The position numbers were made by a program, and so were the translations under genes. Of a stretch of 64,000 bases of DNA, positions 28,381 to 37,265 are shown piece after piece (position 1 is the stretch's first letter; each line of letters opens with the position of its first letter). The notes under the pieces are model-generated. The model ran no database searches, was not told where the DNA came from, and saw only the letters and a program-made list of their open reading frames with translations. This DNA comes from a candidate division Zixibacteria bacterium RBG_16_53_22. Lineage in GTDB: Bacteria; Zixibacteria; MSB-5A5; UBA10806. The DNA lies in the NCBI GenBank assembly GCA_001775395.1, contig MEWP01000131.1, positions 16,350 to 80,349 of the forward strand, in the 5' to 3' direction.

Positions 28381-28812
28381 CTATCGGCACTTGACTATGG
28401 AAGACGCCTTGCCGTCTCTACCCGTCTTCTGACTTGCGGCCGGCCTGTTTTCGGTACCCTTCTTCGGACCGATCCCGGCCTTGCTTCTCATTTCACCCTG
28501 CTTCTCGACCAACTCGACCAGCCTCGATTCGCTCCGCTGGGTAACCTCGTTGACTTCCTCGATAAGCGACCTGGCCTCGACGCTGATTTGGGACGCATCC
28601 CTGCCCTCGGAGGCCTCGATGCGCGCGATTTCATAATCGATATTCTTTATGGTCGAGACAGCCTCGTCATTCGGCTCAATCCTGTTAGCGACATTTTCTG
28701 CCGCTTCCTCCGAGAGGCGAGCGATCTCACCGATCAGGAAGGAATCCATCTTCTGCAGGAGATTCAACTTCTCCTGCAGCAATTTCTCCAGTTTCAAGGA
28801 CGCCGGTTTCAC
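28381..28812 (-). CDS. Hypothetical coiled-coil protein (possibly flagellar-associated)
   Basis: 143 aa, helical, no signal peptide. Sits between the sigma-28-type promoter and the flgM-like gene. Confidence 0.35.
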   Translation of the reverse strand: MKPASLKLEKLLQEKLNLLQKMDSFLIGEIARLSEEAAENVANRIEPNDEAVSTIKNIDYEIARIEASEGRDASQISVEARSLIEEVNEVTQRSESRLVELVEKQGEMRSKAGIGPKKGTENRPAASQKTGRDGKASSIVKCR

Positions 28813-29062
28813 TGAACCTCCAATAGGGCAATCTGATTCTGCCCGGCATTTCAGGTCCTCAATTTCAACTTCCGCGATACGACTGCTGCTGCGGCCAGAG
28901 GCTCAACAACGCCGCATCTGGGCATTTTACCAACATCGGAATCGAGACCTGTCAACGTCATCTCAAAGAAGAGTGGTTTAAACATTACGATTCGGGATAA
29001 TTCCAAGAACGGATTCTCGACCCCGGAATTCCCGGACTATTGCAAATATGGCCACATTAATA

Positions 29063-29092
29063 TTATCGGAAAATCCCGAAAATGCTTGATAT
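29063..29092 (-). promoter_or_regulatory. Sigma-28 (FliA)-type promoter
   Basis: Minus strand TCAAGCAT-N11-TCCGATAA against the consensus TAAAGTTT-N11-GCCGATAA. About 250 nt upstream of the 28812 ORF and flgM-like genes. Confidence 0.4.
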
Positions 29093-29150
29093 GAAAATAT
29101 CGAAGCCAAAACCCGCTCGACGCGCCCCTAAATGACAAGATTCATGGAGG

Positions 29151-29402
29151 TTACGGCTGTGATTTCTTGCCCTTCTTGGCTTTTATCATCCTGGCCAGCT
29201 CCTGCAAGTCCTCTTTTAGCGAGATCGAGGTCTTGACGTTTTCCTGCTGGATTTTCTTGAATATCTCGTCGCGATAAACGCTCACTTTTTCGGGAGCGGT
29301 AACTCCGAGTTTGACCTGCTTGCCTTGAATGCCAAGCACCGCCACCTTGATTTCCCCGCCTATCGCTATGGCCTCACCGACTTTGCGAGTCAAAATTAAC
29401 AT
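29151..29402 (-). CDS. csrA: Carbon storage regulator CsrA
   Basis: [47 protein letters not shown] is canonical CsrA. Confidence 0.85.
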   Translation of the reverse strand: MLILTRKVGEAIAIGGEIKVAVLGIQGKQVKLGVTAPEKVSVYRDEIFKKIQQENVKTSISLKEDLQELARMIKAKKGKKSQP

Positions 29403-29725
29403 AACTCCCCCTCATACTTTTCCTCGTCGCCGACCGGTTGCGTTGCATTCCCGAGCCGGATCATCAGGGGCTGTTGACTGATCCCGAGGCTCCGGCCAGG
29501 ATAGGGCTTGGTTCCGTTCTCTCTCATAATCCGATTGCAATATCCCCCGCGGCCGGCAATGCCGGATTGCGAATGCAAAAACGTCAAATTAGCAGGCGCC
29601 GATTCGGGACGGATAAATCCCGGGGTGTCGATTTTGATTGGGCCGTGGCCGCCGGCTCCAAGGGAAGGTTGCGGTGTGGAAAGCGCCGTTCGGCCTATTT
29701 CCCGGCCAACATCGGATTCGCGCAT
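29396..29725 (-). CDS. Hypothetical low-complexity ORF at the position usually occupied by fliW
   Basis: ORF of 109 aa that overlaps both neighbours. No convincing FliW similarity; it may not be expressed. Confidence 0.2.
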   Translation of the reverse strand: MRESDVGREIGRTALSTPQPSLGAGGHGPIKIDTPGFIRPESAPANLTFLHSQSGIAGRGGYCNRIMRENGTKPYPGRSLGISQQPLMIRLGNATQPVGDEEKYEGELC

Positions 29726-30297
29726 TTTGAATCATCCTCGATATAGGTGCCGCGTTGACTATTTTGCCCCCCGGAGATTGCGATATTCCCGAAAGCCTCT
29801 TCGCTGTTGCTGATCTCATGTATCAATTGCATGGTCTGCGAAATCATCGTTATCGATTGCTCGATAAGAAATTCATTCCTCGTTTTCTGATCGCTTATGT
29901 GCCGGTATATCTCGAGCATCGTATCTTTGAATCGCTCGAGGCCTTCGAATCGAGGATTGTCGAAGACGGAAAGAATCCTGGCAATGCTTTTTCTCTCGGA
30001 TTCCGCCATTATGCCTCTGGCGATGCGGGAGAGAACGGTGCGCCGGATTTTCTCGAGATTGGCGGCCTCCAGGGCAAGGGCGCTTATCCTGTCTTTGTCG
30101 GGCCCGATTCCGTCCAAATCGCCCCGCAAGAGTTGGCGCTGATGCTCGTTCAATAACTCCAGGTATTCTTGAAAAACAGCCTGCTCCCTGGTCAAAATAT
30201 CGATGAGCTCATTCAGGTTATTGTCCACAGTTTTTTCCGGCATAAATCGGTTTTTCGAATCCTCCTGGTGCCATCCATTTTCTCGACATATTCTCAC
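29695..30297 (-). CDS. FlgN-like flagellar chaperone family protein
   Basis: NLNELIDILTREQAVFQEYLELLNEHQRQLLRGDLDGI resembles the FlgN (PF05130) N-terminal pattern. The true start is probably the internal M at about 30243. Confidence 0.45.
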   Translation of the reverse strand: MRICRENGWHQEDSKNRFMPEKTVDNNLNELIDILTREQAVFQEYLELLNEHQRQLLRGDLDGIGPDKDRISALALEAANLEKIRRTVLSRIARGIMAESERKSIARILSVFDNPRFEGLERFKDTMLEIYRHISDQKTRNEFLIEQSITMISQTMQLIHEISNSEEAFGNIAISGGQNSQRGTYIEDDSKCANPMLAGK

Positions 30298-31136
30298 GTT
30301 TCTTTATCAGGCGGCACACCATTGTGCTCCGCCATTGCGCCTGCTTCCATGCCCCAGAATCCGTCATTTCTCCAATTAGCTTCCGGACGCCTCTGCGCTA
30401 TCCGGGAAGCGATTAAATCTTGTAAGACCGCCATCTATCCCGATTCGTATTGCCTGCCCGGCCTTAGACTTGGCCCAACCTCGTGAGCTGACTCACACCG
30501 GCTAACAGTTCGTGCAAGCCTTAACGGCTCGGTCAGACATCTTCGAATTGCGCCTATCGGCGCCTTCCCCTTCTAAGTTGCTGTGGTTGAATGCCCTGCA
30601 CAGTTCAATCGGATTCGGTATTCATGATTCTGCAAGCCGGGTCAACCTCCAATATAGTAACGAGCCGGCCCCTAACGATAGTTTCGGTTTTCTCATTAAG
30701 GGCGACGCTGATGGCGACATCTGGACTGATCTCGACAGCCTCGAGGATCGTAATTCGCGGCAACATGCAAACACCGATCGGCCGATGCAATAGAACAACA
30801 ATCCGGCAGGCCTGAGAGCAAGTGGCATGCCTGAATGGCCAGGTGCAAGAAAGCATTGCCAACATGCATCGATAAACACGTAAACCAGTTACCCGAAATG
30901 AATTACAGTCTACCGATGGTTGTGCCGGGCAATATCATATTCACGCTCTTTCGGTCCAGGGCGCCTTATCAAGAAATACTTTCACATTCTCGGGATACTT
31001 TTTCTGTATGAAAAATGCCGCCTAAATCAAGACGGCTCTCTATTTCGAAAATAAGACCTGTGACCAGACCCGGATTATGTCAATTACATTGCGATTATTC
31101 CCATTCTCGACGCCACGTCTCGAGTTGCCTCGCCGC

Positions 31137-31544
31137 TCATTTTATTTTTCCCACCTCAGAGGGATTTGCCTTTATTTTGGCAGCCAGCAAGGCGATTTTC
31201 TTCAAAAGGTCATCGATCCTGAAAGGCTTGAGAAGCACATCGCAGGGCTGAAAGGCCCTGATCTCGCTGTCGGAGTTGTCGAAGATGACGCCTGTGATGA
31301 TTAGAACCGGAGTTTTTATGGAGGCCGCCCGGATCCGTCGAACCAGCTCGAGCCCGCTGATGCCCGGAATCCCAAGATCGGTAATAATCAAATCGTAATT
31401 ACTCGCCCTGGCCAGCTTCCACCCTTCCAGGCCATCGGCCGCCGACGTGACCGAATAGCCATAAAGCGCCAATATCTCATTGATGACGTCACGGACATCC
31501 GCTTCGTCTTCCACCACCAAAACCGAGAATGCGGGCATGGTCAA
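31137..31544 (-). CDS. Response regulator, receiver domain only (CheY-like)
   Basis: VLVVEDE..., phospho-acceptor IITDLGIPG, LIITGV and KPF motifs. Confidence 0.8.
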   Translation of the reverse strand: MTMPAFSVLVVEDEADVRDVINEILALYGYSVTSAADGLEGWKLARASNYDLIITDLGIPGISGLELVRRIRAASIKTPVLIITGVIFDNSDSEIRAFQPCDVLLKPFRIDDLLKKIALLAAKIKANPSEVGKIK

Positions 31545-31918
31545 TCTCGCCTTCGCTTAATCTTCGAGAGAATAGCCGTGATTTTTTCGGAATCGCTGAT
31601 AATCGATTCCATGCTGCTTTCGATATCGTACAATATGCCGCCGTTGGAGAGCTTTTCTTCGCCGTCACCCGGCGCGCCCTTGCCTCTCTTATCCGCCCCC
31701 GCCGCCGACAGAACCTGGTTCATTTGCTTGACGGTCTGCGTGGCCTGGTTGACAAGTTGTGAGAGACGCTGGTTTAGCTCCACGCCGAGGTCCTGCCGAT
31801 GCGCGATCTTGGCTGCGGCCACGGCAATATTCAAAGCCAGAAGCTGTATCTCACCCGAGACGCTTTCGAGATATTTGAGGAGGTCCTCCTCACTGCGTTT
31901 TTTATCCATTATGCTCAA
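31541..31918 (-). CDS. Small protein with an MCP-signalling-domain-like segment
   Basis: IQLLALNIAVAAAKIA resembles the conserved MCP core [15 protein letters not shown]. 125 aa, with no sensor or HAMP region. Confidence 0.35.
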   Translation of the reverse strand: MSIMDKKRSEEDLLKYLESVSGEIQLLALNIAVAAAKIAHRQDLGVELNQRLSQLVNQATQTVKQMNQVLSAAGADKRGKGAPGDGEEKLSNGGILYDIESSMESIISDSEKITAILSKIKRRRD

Positions 31919-32286
31919 GGCGCCAAGAGCTCCTTGACCTGGGTCTTGAGTTCATCGAGATTGGGCGATTTTACCAGGTATGCATCGGCCAGCCACGACG
32001 TAAAATTGTTCTTATATGTCGAGTAAGCCGAATTCAGGATGACGGGAAGATCCGATTTCATGCCTCTCAGGCGCTCGAGAACCTGCAATCCATCCAAAAG
32101 CCCCATCTTGATGTCGAGGATGACGAGATCGACGCTGGTGTCGGCGCCGATGAACTGCAGCGCTTCCTCGCCGCTCGCGACTGAATGAGTCTTGTAACCC
32201 TCCCCCTCAAGCTCGCACTGATAGAGCGAGCGTATATCCTCCTCATCATCGACGATTAGAATATTTTTCATTTCTCCTCCGTGCAC
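31915..32286 (-). CDS. Response regulator, receiver domain only
   Basis: ILIVDDEED, LVILDIKMG and YLVKSP receiver motifs. Confidence 0.8.
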   Translation of the reverse strand: MHGGEMKNILIVDDEEDIRSLYQCELEGEGYKTHSVASGEEALQFIGADTSVDLVILDIKMGLLDGLQVLERLRGMKSDLPVILNSAYSTYKNNFTSWLADAYLVKSPNLDELKTQVKELLAP

Positions 32287-33989
32287 AGCGGCAATTCGAT
32301 ATAAACCTGAAGATTATTTTTTTCGTCGGACGACACGCCGATTCCCCCACCATAATGTTGCAGTATTTCAAGCGCCACGGCGGTATCCTGGCTTTTTAAG
32401 TCTCCTCTGCTTTCGCGAAATACTCTATAGAAATCTTCGGCAAAATTCGGATAATTATCAGTCCCCATTATGTAAATCAATCCGGATTGCCCATTATTGC
32501 CCACCCTGACCAGCAAGTCCTGCATTCCGCCGGCTATCTGCGAGGCTCGGCGCATGATTGCCATCATCGCCTGATAGAAGAGCCCCTGGTCGATGAGGAT
32601 CCGAAGCTGCTCGGCGCCGGGATCAGCGTGCAGCGCCGGCAACTCAGCGCTGGTTGGGCTGGCCAGCATCCCCAAAGCATCCTTCAATAGGCCGACAAGA
32701 GGAAATTTGCCCTCTTTCTTCTCGCTGAGGGTCACCACGCTCGAGAAACGATCCAGGGCGTGCTCGATTCGAGATACTTGCTTGGATACTATCTCCAGGA
32801 CCTTAAAGGACTTATCTTCGGCGGTGAGCTTTTTCAAGCTTGAGTTGGCGTATCCCCCTATCACCGTCAAGGGATTTCTTATCTCGTGAGCGACCTCGAG
32901 CGCCATCCTGGCGACACTAGAGAGCTTCTCGGCTTTGACCAGGTTTTCGCGCGACTGAATTATCTTTTCGTTGGCCTCTTTGAGACGGCAAACCTGCTGT
33001 TCAAGCTTGCCATAGAGACGGGAGTTTTCGATGGCATCGGCGGCGTACTTGGCAAAAATCTCCAAGACGTTCAGGTCGGACTGCGAAATCGGCTTGCGAG
33101 TTATCAGGTTGTCGGCCAGGAGAACCCCCTGAAAATTGTCATGCGAAATGAGCGGCACGACCGCCATGGAGTCGGTGCCAAACAACTCGACCAGGTGGCG
33201 GCTGCTCTGGCAATCGATGCAATCGGCGGTGGTAATGAGCGACCTGCCCTCCTTGATTGCGCGGATGATGAAATTGTCATCGTCGGTCAGCGGGATTTTC
33301 AAGGAAGCCACCAGGCGATTGACATGGATGTCCTCGACATTGCCGGATGTCGATTTATAAAGCCTTAATGTCTCCTCGAGACTGAGTTTCCTTCGCGCCA
33401 GGTCCTGCCAGATGGAGCCGGCTTCCTCCGGTGTCGAGGGGCCGGTGGCCAGGCAACCCCAGAGATGGGTCCGCGATTCGTTCGAAAGCAACACGAACCC
33501 TCTGTTGAAAGCCAACCCGGGTCCGGCTGTGACGCCCAGCAGGATGATGCGGAGGATATCGGAAAGGTTGCGGGTTTCGGCGAATGCCTTAATGACCTGG
33601 TTGATTATGTCCAGGATATAAATCTTGTGCTCGAGTCCGGCCGCCGAATCGGCCTCGGCAGTTCTATCGAGCAGAAAGCAGGCCACCTCGCCCTTGATAT
33701 GGTCCGGGCATGGGTAACAGTGCAGCTCGCAATGCACCTCGCCGATTTCGCCGGAGAGCACATATCTGGCCATCGACGGCACGCCGTCCAACGCGGCCCG
33801 CACGGCTCCAATCACTTCGCTGGAATCCGATGGAATCAACGGGCGAATATCATCGGGATCGGAACCGATCGATTGGCCGGCGAATTGGTCACTCTGACAG
33901 CGGAAATTCGAGATGCGCCAATTGCTGCTGAGCCGGAAGAATATCCCCGTCCTGGACATGCGGGTCTGTTCCGTCTGAGCCGGCAACAT
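32268..33989 (-). CDS. GAF domain sensor histidine kinase
   Basis: GAF region followed by the H-box HEIRNPLTVIGGYANSS, then a divergent ATPase region with a G2-like GGGIGV. Confidence 0.7.
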   Translation of the reverse strand: MLPAQTEQTRMSRTGIFFRLSSNWRISNFRCQSDQFAGQSIGSDPDDIRPLIPSDSSEVIGAVRAALDGVPSMARYVLSGEIGEVHCELHCYPCPDHIKGEVACFLLDRTAEADSAAGLEHKIYILDIINQVIKAFAETRNLSDILRIILLGVTAGPGLAFNRGFVLLSNESRTHLWGCLATGPSTPEEAGSIWQDLARRKLSLEETLRLYKSTSGNVEDIHVNRLVASLKIPLTDDDNFIIRAIKEGRSLITTADCIDCQSSRHLVELFGTDSMAVVPLISHDNFQGVLLADNLITRKPISQSDLNVLEIFAKYAADAIENSRLYGKLEQQVCRLKEANEKIIQSRENLVKAEKLSSVARMALEVAHEIRNPLTVIGGYANSSLKKLTAEDKSFKVLEIVSKQVSRIEHALDRFSSVVTLSEKKEGKFPLVGLLKDALGMLASPTSAELPALHADPGAEQLRILIDQGLFYQAMMAIMRRASQIAGGMQDLLVRVGNNGQSGLIYIMGTDNYPNFAEDFYRVFRESRGDLKSQDTAVALEILQHYGGGIGVSSDEKNNLQVYIELPLCTEEK

Positions 33990-33991
33990 CG

Positions 33992-34873
33992 CTAATTCTT
34001 TCCCAGTCTCCCCTGGGTTTGCAGAAACAGCCTGTTTTCCGATTCCAACCTCAACGATAGGCTTCTGGGGTGGTCTGACTGCTGGGGAGTCAGCTTTTGA
34101 GTCATGGCCATGATGTTCGAGGCTTCCTTATCGATAGCTTTCAAGCGTTTTATTACCGACGGGCCGGAGCCTTTCATGGTCATCATCAAAAACTGCGCAT
34201 TGCCGGCGATAATGGCCAGGGGATTAGTGATTCTCTGGTTCAATGTGTTCGCCAGGTCCTCCCCGAATGGGGCTTTCTCTGCGCTTGGCCTTTTTTTCCT
34301 TTCGGTCTCCAGATCCGCCTTCAGCCGCTCAATTTCCTCCTGCATTGCAGTGGTCGCCTCCTGCGCCTTGATGCGCTCGATCAGCAATGCGATAACCGAG
34401 CCTGCCGCGGCCACGATCTGGGAATCGCGCTTGCGATACATATCGGGTTCGTCATGCGAGAGATTGATAATCCCGCACGTTTCCTTATTGAATATGATCG
34501 GGACAGACAGGAATGACCTCGTATGGGTCCCACCCTTCGATTTCCTGAGATTATTGAGCATTATGGGACGCTTATGTTTTGCGACCCAGGCCGAGATCCC
34601 GCTGCCAAGCTCGAAATTGACGAAATCGATTAGATCGGCTCGCCGGCCGATATTGCGGATTTCCTCCAGTTTGCCGGTCTGGCTGGAAAACATATAGATC
34701 GACGCGGAGCGAAAATCGATAATTTGCCCCAACAGCTTCAGGATTTCTTCCACGCGTTCCAGGGTGGCCCCGGATCTCTGCACCAAGGAGGAGATTTCGC
34801 TCAAGATCTCAATTTCCTGTTCCGGACTTATTGTGGGTATTCTGGATTCCCCCGACACATTACCTCCAATCAA
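33992..34873 (-). CDS. GAF domain protein with a His-less DHp-like segment (pseudo histidine kinase, no ATPase domain)
   Basis: GAF followed by a coiled coil, then QRITNPLAIIAGNAQFLMM. Gln occupies the H-box His position and no HATPase_c region follows. Confidence 0.55.
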   Translation of the reverse strand: MIGGNVSGESRIPTISPEQEIEILSEISSLVQRSGATLERVEEILKLLGQIIDFRSASIYMFSSQTGKLEEIRNIGRRADLIDFVNFELGSGISAWVAKHKRPIMLNNLRKSKGGTHTRSFLSVPIIFNKETCGIINLSHDEPDMYRKRDSQIVAAAGSVIALLIERIKAQEATTAMQEEIERLKADLETERKKRPSAEKAPFGEDLANTLNQRITNPLAIIAGNAQFLMMTMKGSGPSVIKRLKAIDKEASNIMAMTQKLTPQQSDHPRSLSLRLESENRLFLQTQGRLGKN

Positions 34874-35058
34874 ACAAGCATGTCTCTTTTATTATCTTTG
34901 AGAATTTGGGAAAATTCCTTCATCATCGGCATAAGCCAACCGGCGCGATATTTCCGGCTCTCCGGGCGGCGCAGAGCACCAGCCACAAGGCCCGCGGGTC
35001 GCAGCGACCAAGGATTTCATCGAGAAAAAAAGGGCCGCACTAATCGCCATGGCAGAAG

Positions 35059-35802
35059 TCATTTGGCGAGCAGGTCCTTTTTGCGAAGCTCCACTTGCTG
35101 ATTGTATATGAACTGCACAACCAGCTTTTGGAGATTTTCATCGAAAGTTCCCGCCCCGGGAGGCAGGAATTCATCAATTTGCCTGATGTCATGATCGCCG
35201 AAATTGCGCCGGGTGACAAATTCGGCCCCAATAAGATACCCTTTGGCCTTGGAACCCTCGCATCTCTTGATCACAGCCAGAATTCCGTCGAGAGTCTGGC
35301 GGCCTTTCAGGGTGAAACTCACGATAATGAATCCCCTTTCGGAAACTTTGACCGGGCTTTCGAAAAGCACCCCGCCGGCCGAGATATTGAGAAGCGTCCC
35401 CAGCAATTCAGGACCGGGGTTGTCCGCCCTGGCGGTATCCAGAGTCTTGAATTGCATTTTGCCCGAGAGGTCGAGCCTGACAAATTTCCGCCTCTGGGTA
35501 CGGTTGATATCCGAGGTTCTCTCGATTCTCATGGTCTTTTCATCACCATCGAAAAGGTCCAGGATGCTGGCCTTGAATGAATAGACGGCATCGCGCCTGC
35601 TGTATATCACTTCCACGGCATCTCCCTTGTGAAGATGATTTTGGCCGCTTTGCCTTAGCGGCATTTCGAGCACGTACGAGTCATGTTTGATATCCTCGAT
35701 CCGGCTGACGAATTCCGAGCGTTCTCCGAATTTCTCCAGCGCCAGCACTACCCTATCCCACAACCCCAGCGTTTCGCGAGTGGCCATAGAAGCTCTATGC
35801 AT
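35059..35802 (-). CDS. PilZ domain protein, YcgR-like (flagellar brake-type c-di-GMP receptor)
   Basis: RRKFVRL (RxxxR) and LNISAGGV (DxSxxG-type) PilZ motifs. The N-terminal domain is YcgR-N-like. Confidence 0.7.
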   Translation of the reverse strand: MHRASMATRETLGLWDRVVLALEKFGERSEFVSRIEDIKHDSYVLEMPLRQSGQNHLHKGDAVEVIYSRRDAVYSFKASILDLFDGDEKTMRIERTSDINRTQRRKFVRLDLSGKMQFKTLDTARADNPGPELLGTLLNISAGGVLFESPVKVSERGFIIVSFTLKGRQTLDGILAVIKRCEGSKAKGYLIGAEFVTRRNFGDHDIRQIDEFLPPGAGTFDENLQKLVVQFIYNQQVELRKKDLLAK

Positions 35803-36002
35803 GGGCCGCCTCGATATAACGACCGTGGTTAATATGGAAAGATGCGCTTGCGCCTTGAGATTTATGAAGCAATGTGGTTACGCGAAAAAATGCCGGCAGG
35901 ATTTCGGTAATTATTCCTGCTGAAAATCGAAACATCATCTGATTTTTCCCCTCATGCCCGGTAAGACAGTCCGTATAGCATCCCTACTATCGGCAAGGCT
36001 GT

Positions 36003-36395
36003 TTAATCCTGAATCAGGCGCGACGTTTCATCCTGCAACGTCATTTGTCGCGCTCGCCGCGCCGAGGCCACCAGGACGCCTAACTCCGACCGCGAAAATC
36101 CGAATTCCTCGCCCACAGCCTCGGGCCGGGCGCCGCTCTCGAGCCTGGCCAATGCCAACTTTACTTTGGCGCTGTAGTCGGGCTCGCGCGAAACGGATGA
36201 CGTTGGCGTCGCTCCATCGGATTTAGCCGATACTGCCGGGATTCCTTCCGCCGGAATCGCCGACGAATGTCCGACAATTGCGGCGTTCTCGGGGAATTCT
36301 CCTCGGCGCTTGTCGATAAACACAAGAAATACCAGCACGGCCACCAGGACCGCATTGGACAGGGCCATTATCGTCAATATCGTTGCTCCGCTCAT
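36003..36395 (-). CDS. Small membrane protein with a possible C-terminal HTH
   Basis: N-terminal transmembrane helix. The C-terminal ARPEAVGEEFGFSRSELGVLVASARR resembles an HTH. Lies directly downstream of fliA. Confidence 0.35.
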   Translation of the reverse strand: MSGATILTIMALSNAVLVAVLVFLVFIDKRRGEFPENAAIVGHSSAIPAEGIPAVSAKSDGATPTSSVSREPDYSAKVKLALARLESGARPEAVGEEFGFSRSELGVLVASARRARQMTLQDETSRLIQD

Positions 36396-36469
36396 AGAAT
36401 CTCCTGAAGATGCCTTGAAATCATTTTCGTCGCCTTGCTGTCTTCTTGATTCGTCTTCCTCGCCGGCGA

Positions 36470-37228
36470 TCAGATGGCGAATTTATCCCTGATCATGCCG
36501 CGCAGACGGGTTACTGCCCTGGTATGTATCTGTGAAACACGCGATTCGGAAATCAGCATGATCTCCCCGATCTCCTTCAGGGTCAACTCCTCATAGTAAT
36601 AGAGGGATATGACGAGCCTTTCCTGCTCGCTGAGACCGCTGATAGCGTGAATCAGAAATACTCTCAATTCCGTCTTCTCCATGTCGTCGAGTACATCAAC
36701 CGAAGTCGAATTTTCGATAGTCTCGATGCGCGGCACCTGCCGGTTATCGTCCTCGCGGCAGATTAGCTCATCGAGCGAAAGCAGAGTTGTGACACTGACG
36801 TCTTTCATCGCGTATCGTAGCTCCTCCGCCGATATGCTCAATGTCCTGGCAAGCTCTGTATCCGAAGGTCCCCGCCCCAGTTCCGCCTCGAGCTTGCTTA
36901 CGGCTTTTTCGATATTTCTGGCTTTAGCCCTGGTCGAACGCGGTACCCAATCGAGGGCTCTCAATTCATCGAGTATGGCGCCGCGGATTCTCGGCACGGC
37001 AAAGGTCTCGAATTTCACTCCGCGGCCGGGGTCAAAATTGTTGAAGGCCTCGATGAGGCCGATGACTCCCGTATTAATCAAGTCATTTAGCTCGACCGAT
37101 TTTGGAAACCCCGCCGCCATTCTGCCCGCCACGTTCTTGACGAGAGGCAGATAGTCCGATAACAGCTTGGTCCGCATATCGGAATTGTTGGTTTCTTTGA
37201 ATCTCGCCCACGTTGCTAAATTGGCCAT
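36470..37228 (-). CDS. fliA: RNA polymerase sigma factor FliA (sigma-28)
   Basis: Regions 2 and 4 of a sigma-28 (LISESRVSQIHTRAV.., YYYEELTLKEIG). The start is set at MANLATWARF; the longer ORF in the track runs through the flhG-like stop. Confidence 0.85.
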   Translation of the reverse strand: MANLATWARFKETNNSDMRTKLLSDYLPLVKNVAGRMAAGFPKSVELNDLINTGVIGLIEAFNNFDPGRGVKFETFAVPRIRGAILDELRALDWVPRSTRAKARNIEKAVSKLEAELGRGPSDTELARTLSISAEELRYAMKDVSVTTLLSLDELICREDDNRQVPRIETIENSTSVDVLDDMEKTELRVFLIHAISGLSEQERLVISLYYYEELTLKEIGEIMLISESRVSQIHTRAVTRLRGMIRDKFAI

Positions 37229-37265
37229 AACCCCGTCCTGTTTAATTATTGATATATCCCTGTTA

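Noticed and set aside
29396-29760. FliW in an alternative frame upstream of csrA
   Set aside because: I translated all three minus-strand frames of the region by eye. None resembles FliW; the other frames are the FlgN-like C-terminus and a junk ORF.
30302-30320. Sigma-54-like element cGGCACaccatTGTGCt on the plus strand
   Set aside because: Spacing is one nucleotide too long, the -12 element is TGTGC rather than TTGC, and there is no downstream plus-strand gene. More likely a palindromic site (GGCACA/TGTGCT).
30298-31136. Possible RNase P RNA, tmRNA or SRP RNA in the long gap
   Set aside because: I could not find the conserved RNase P boxes (GGAAAGUCCGG.., GGUAAGAGC, ACAGAACCCGGCUUA). There is no tmRNA tag ORF or T-arm/CCA end. 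There is only a partial resemblance to SRP domain IV (GGAAGCAGGC) without the flanking helix.
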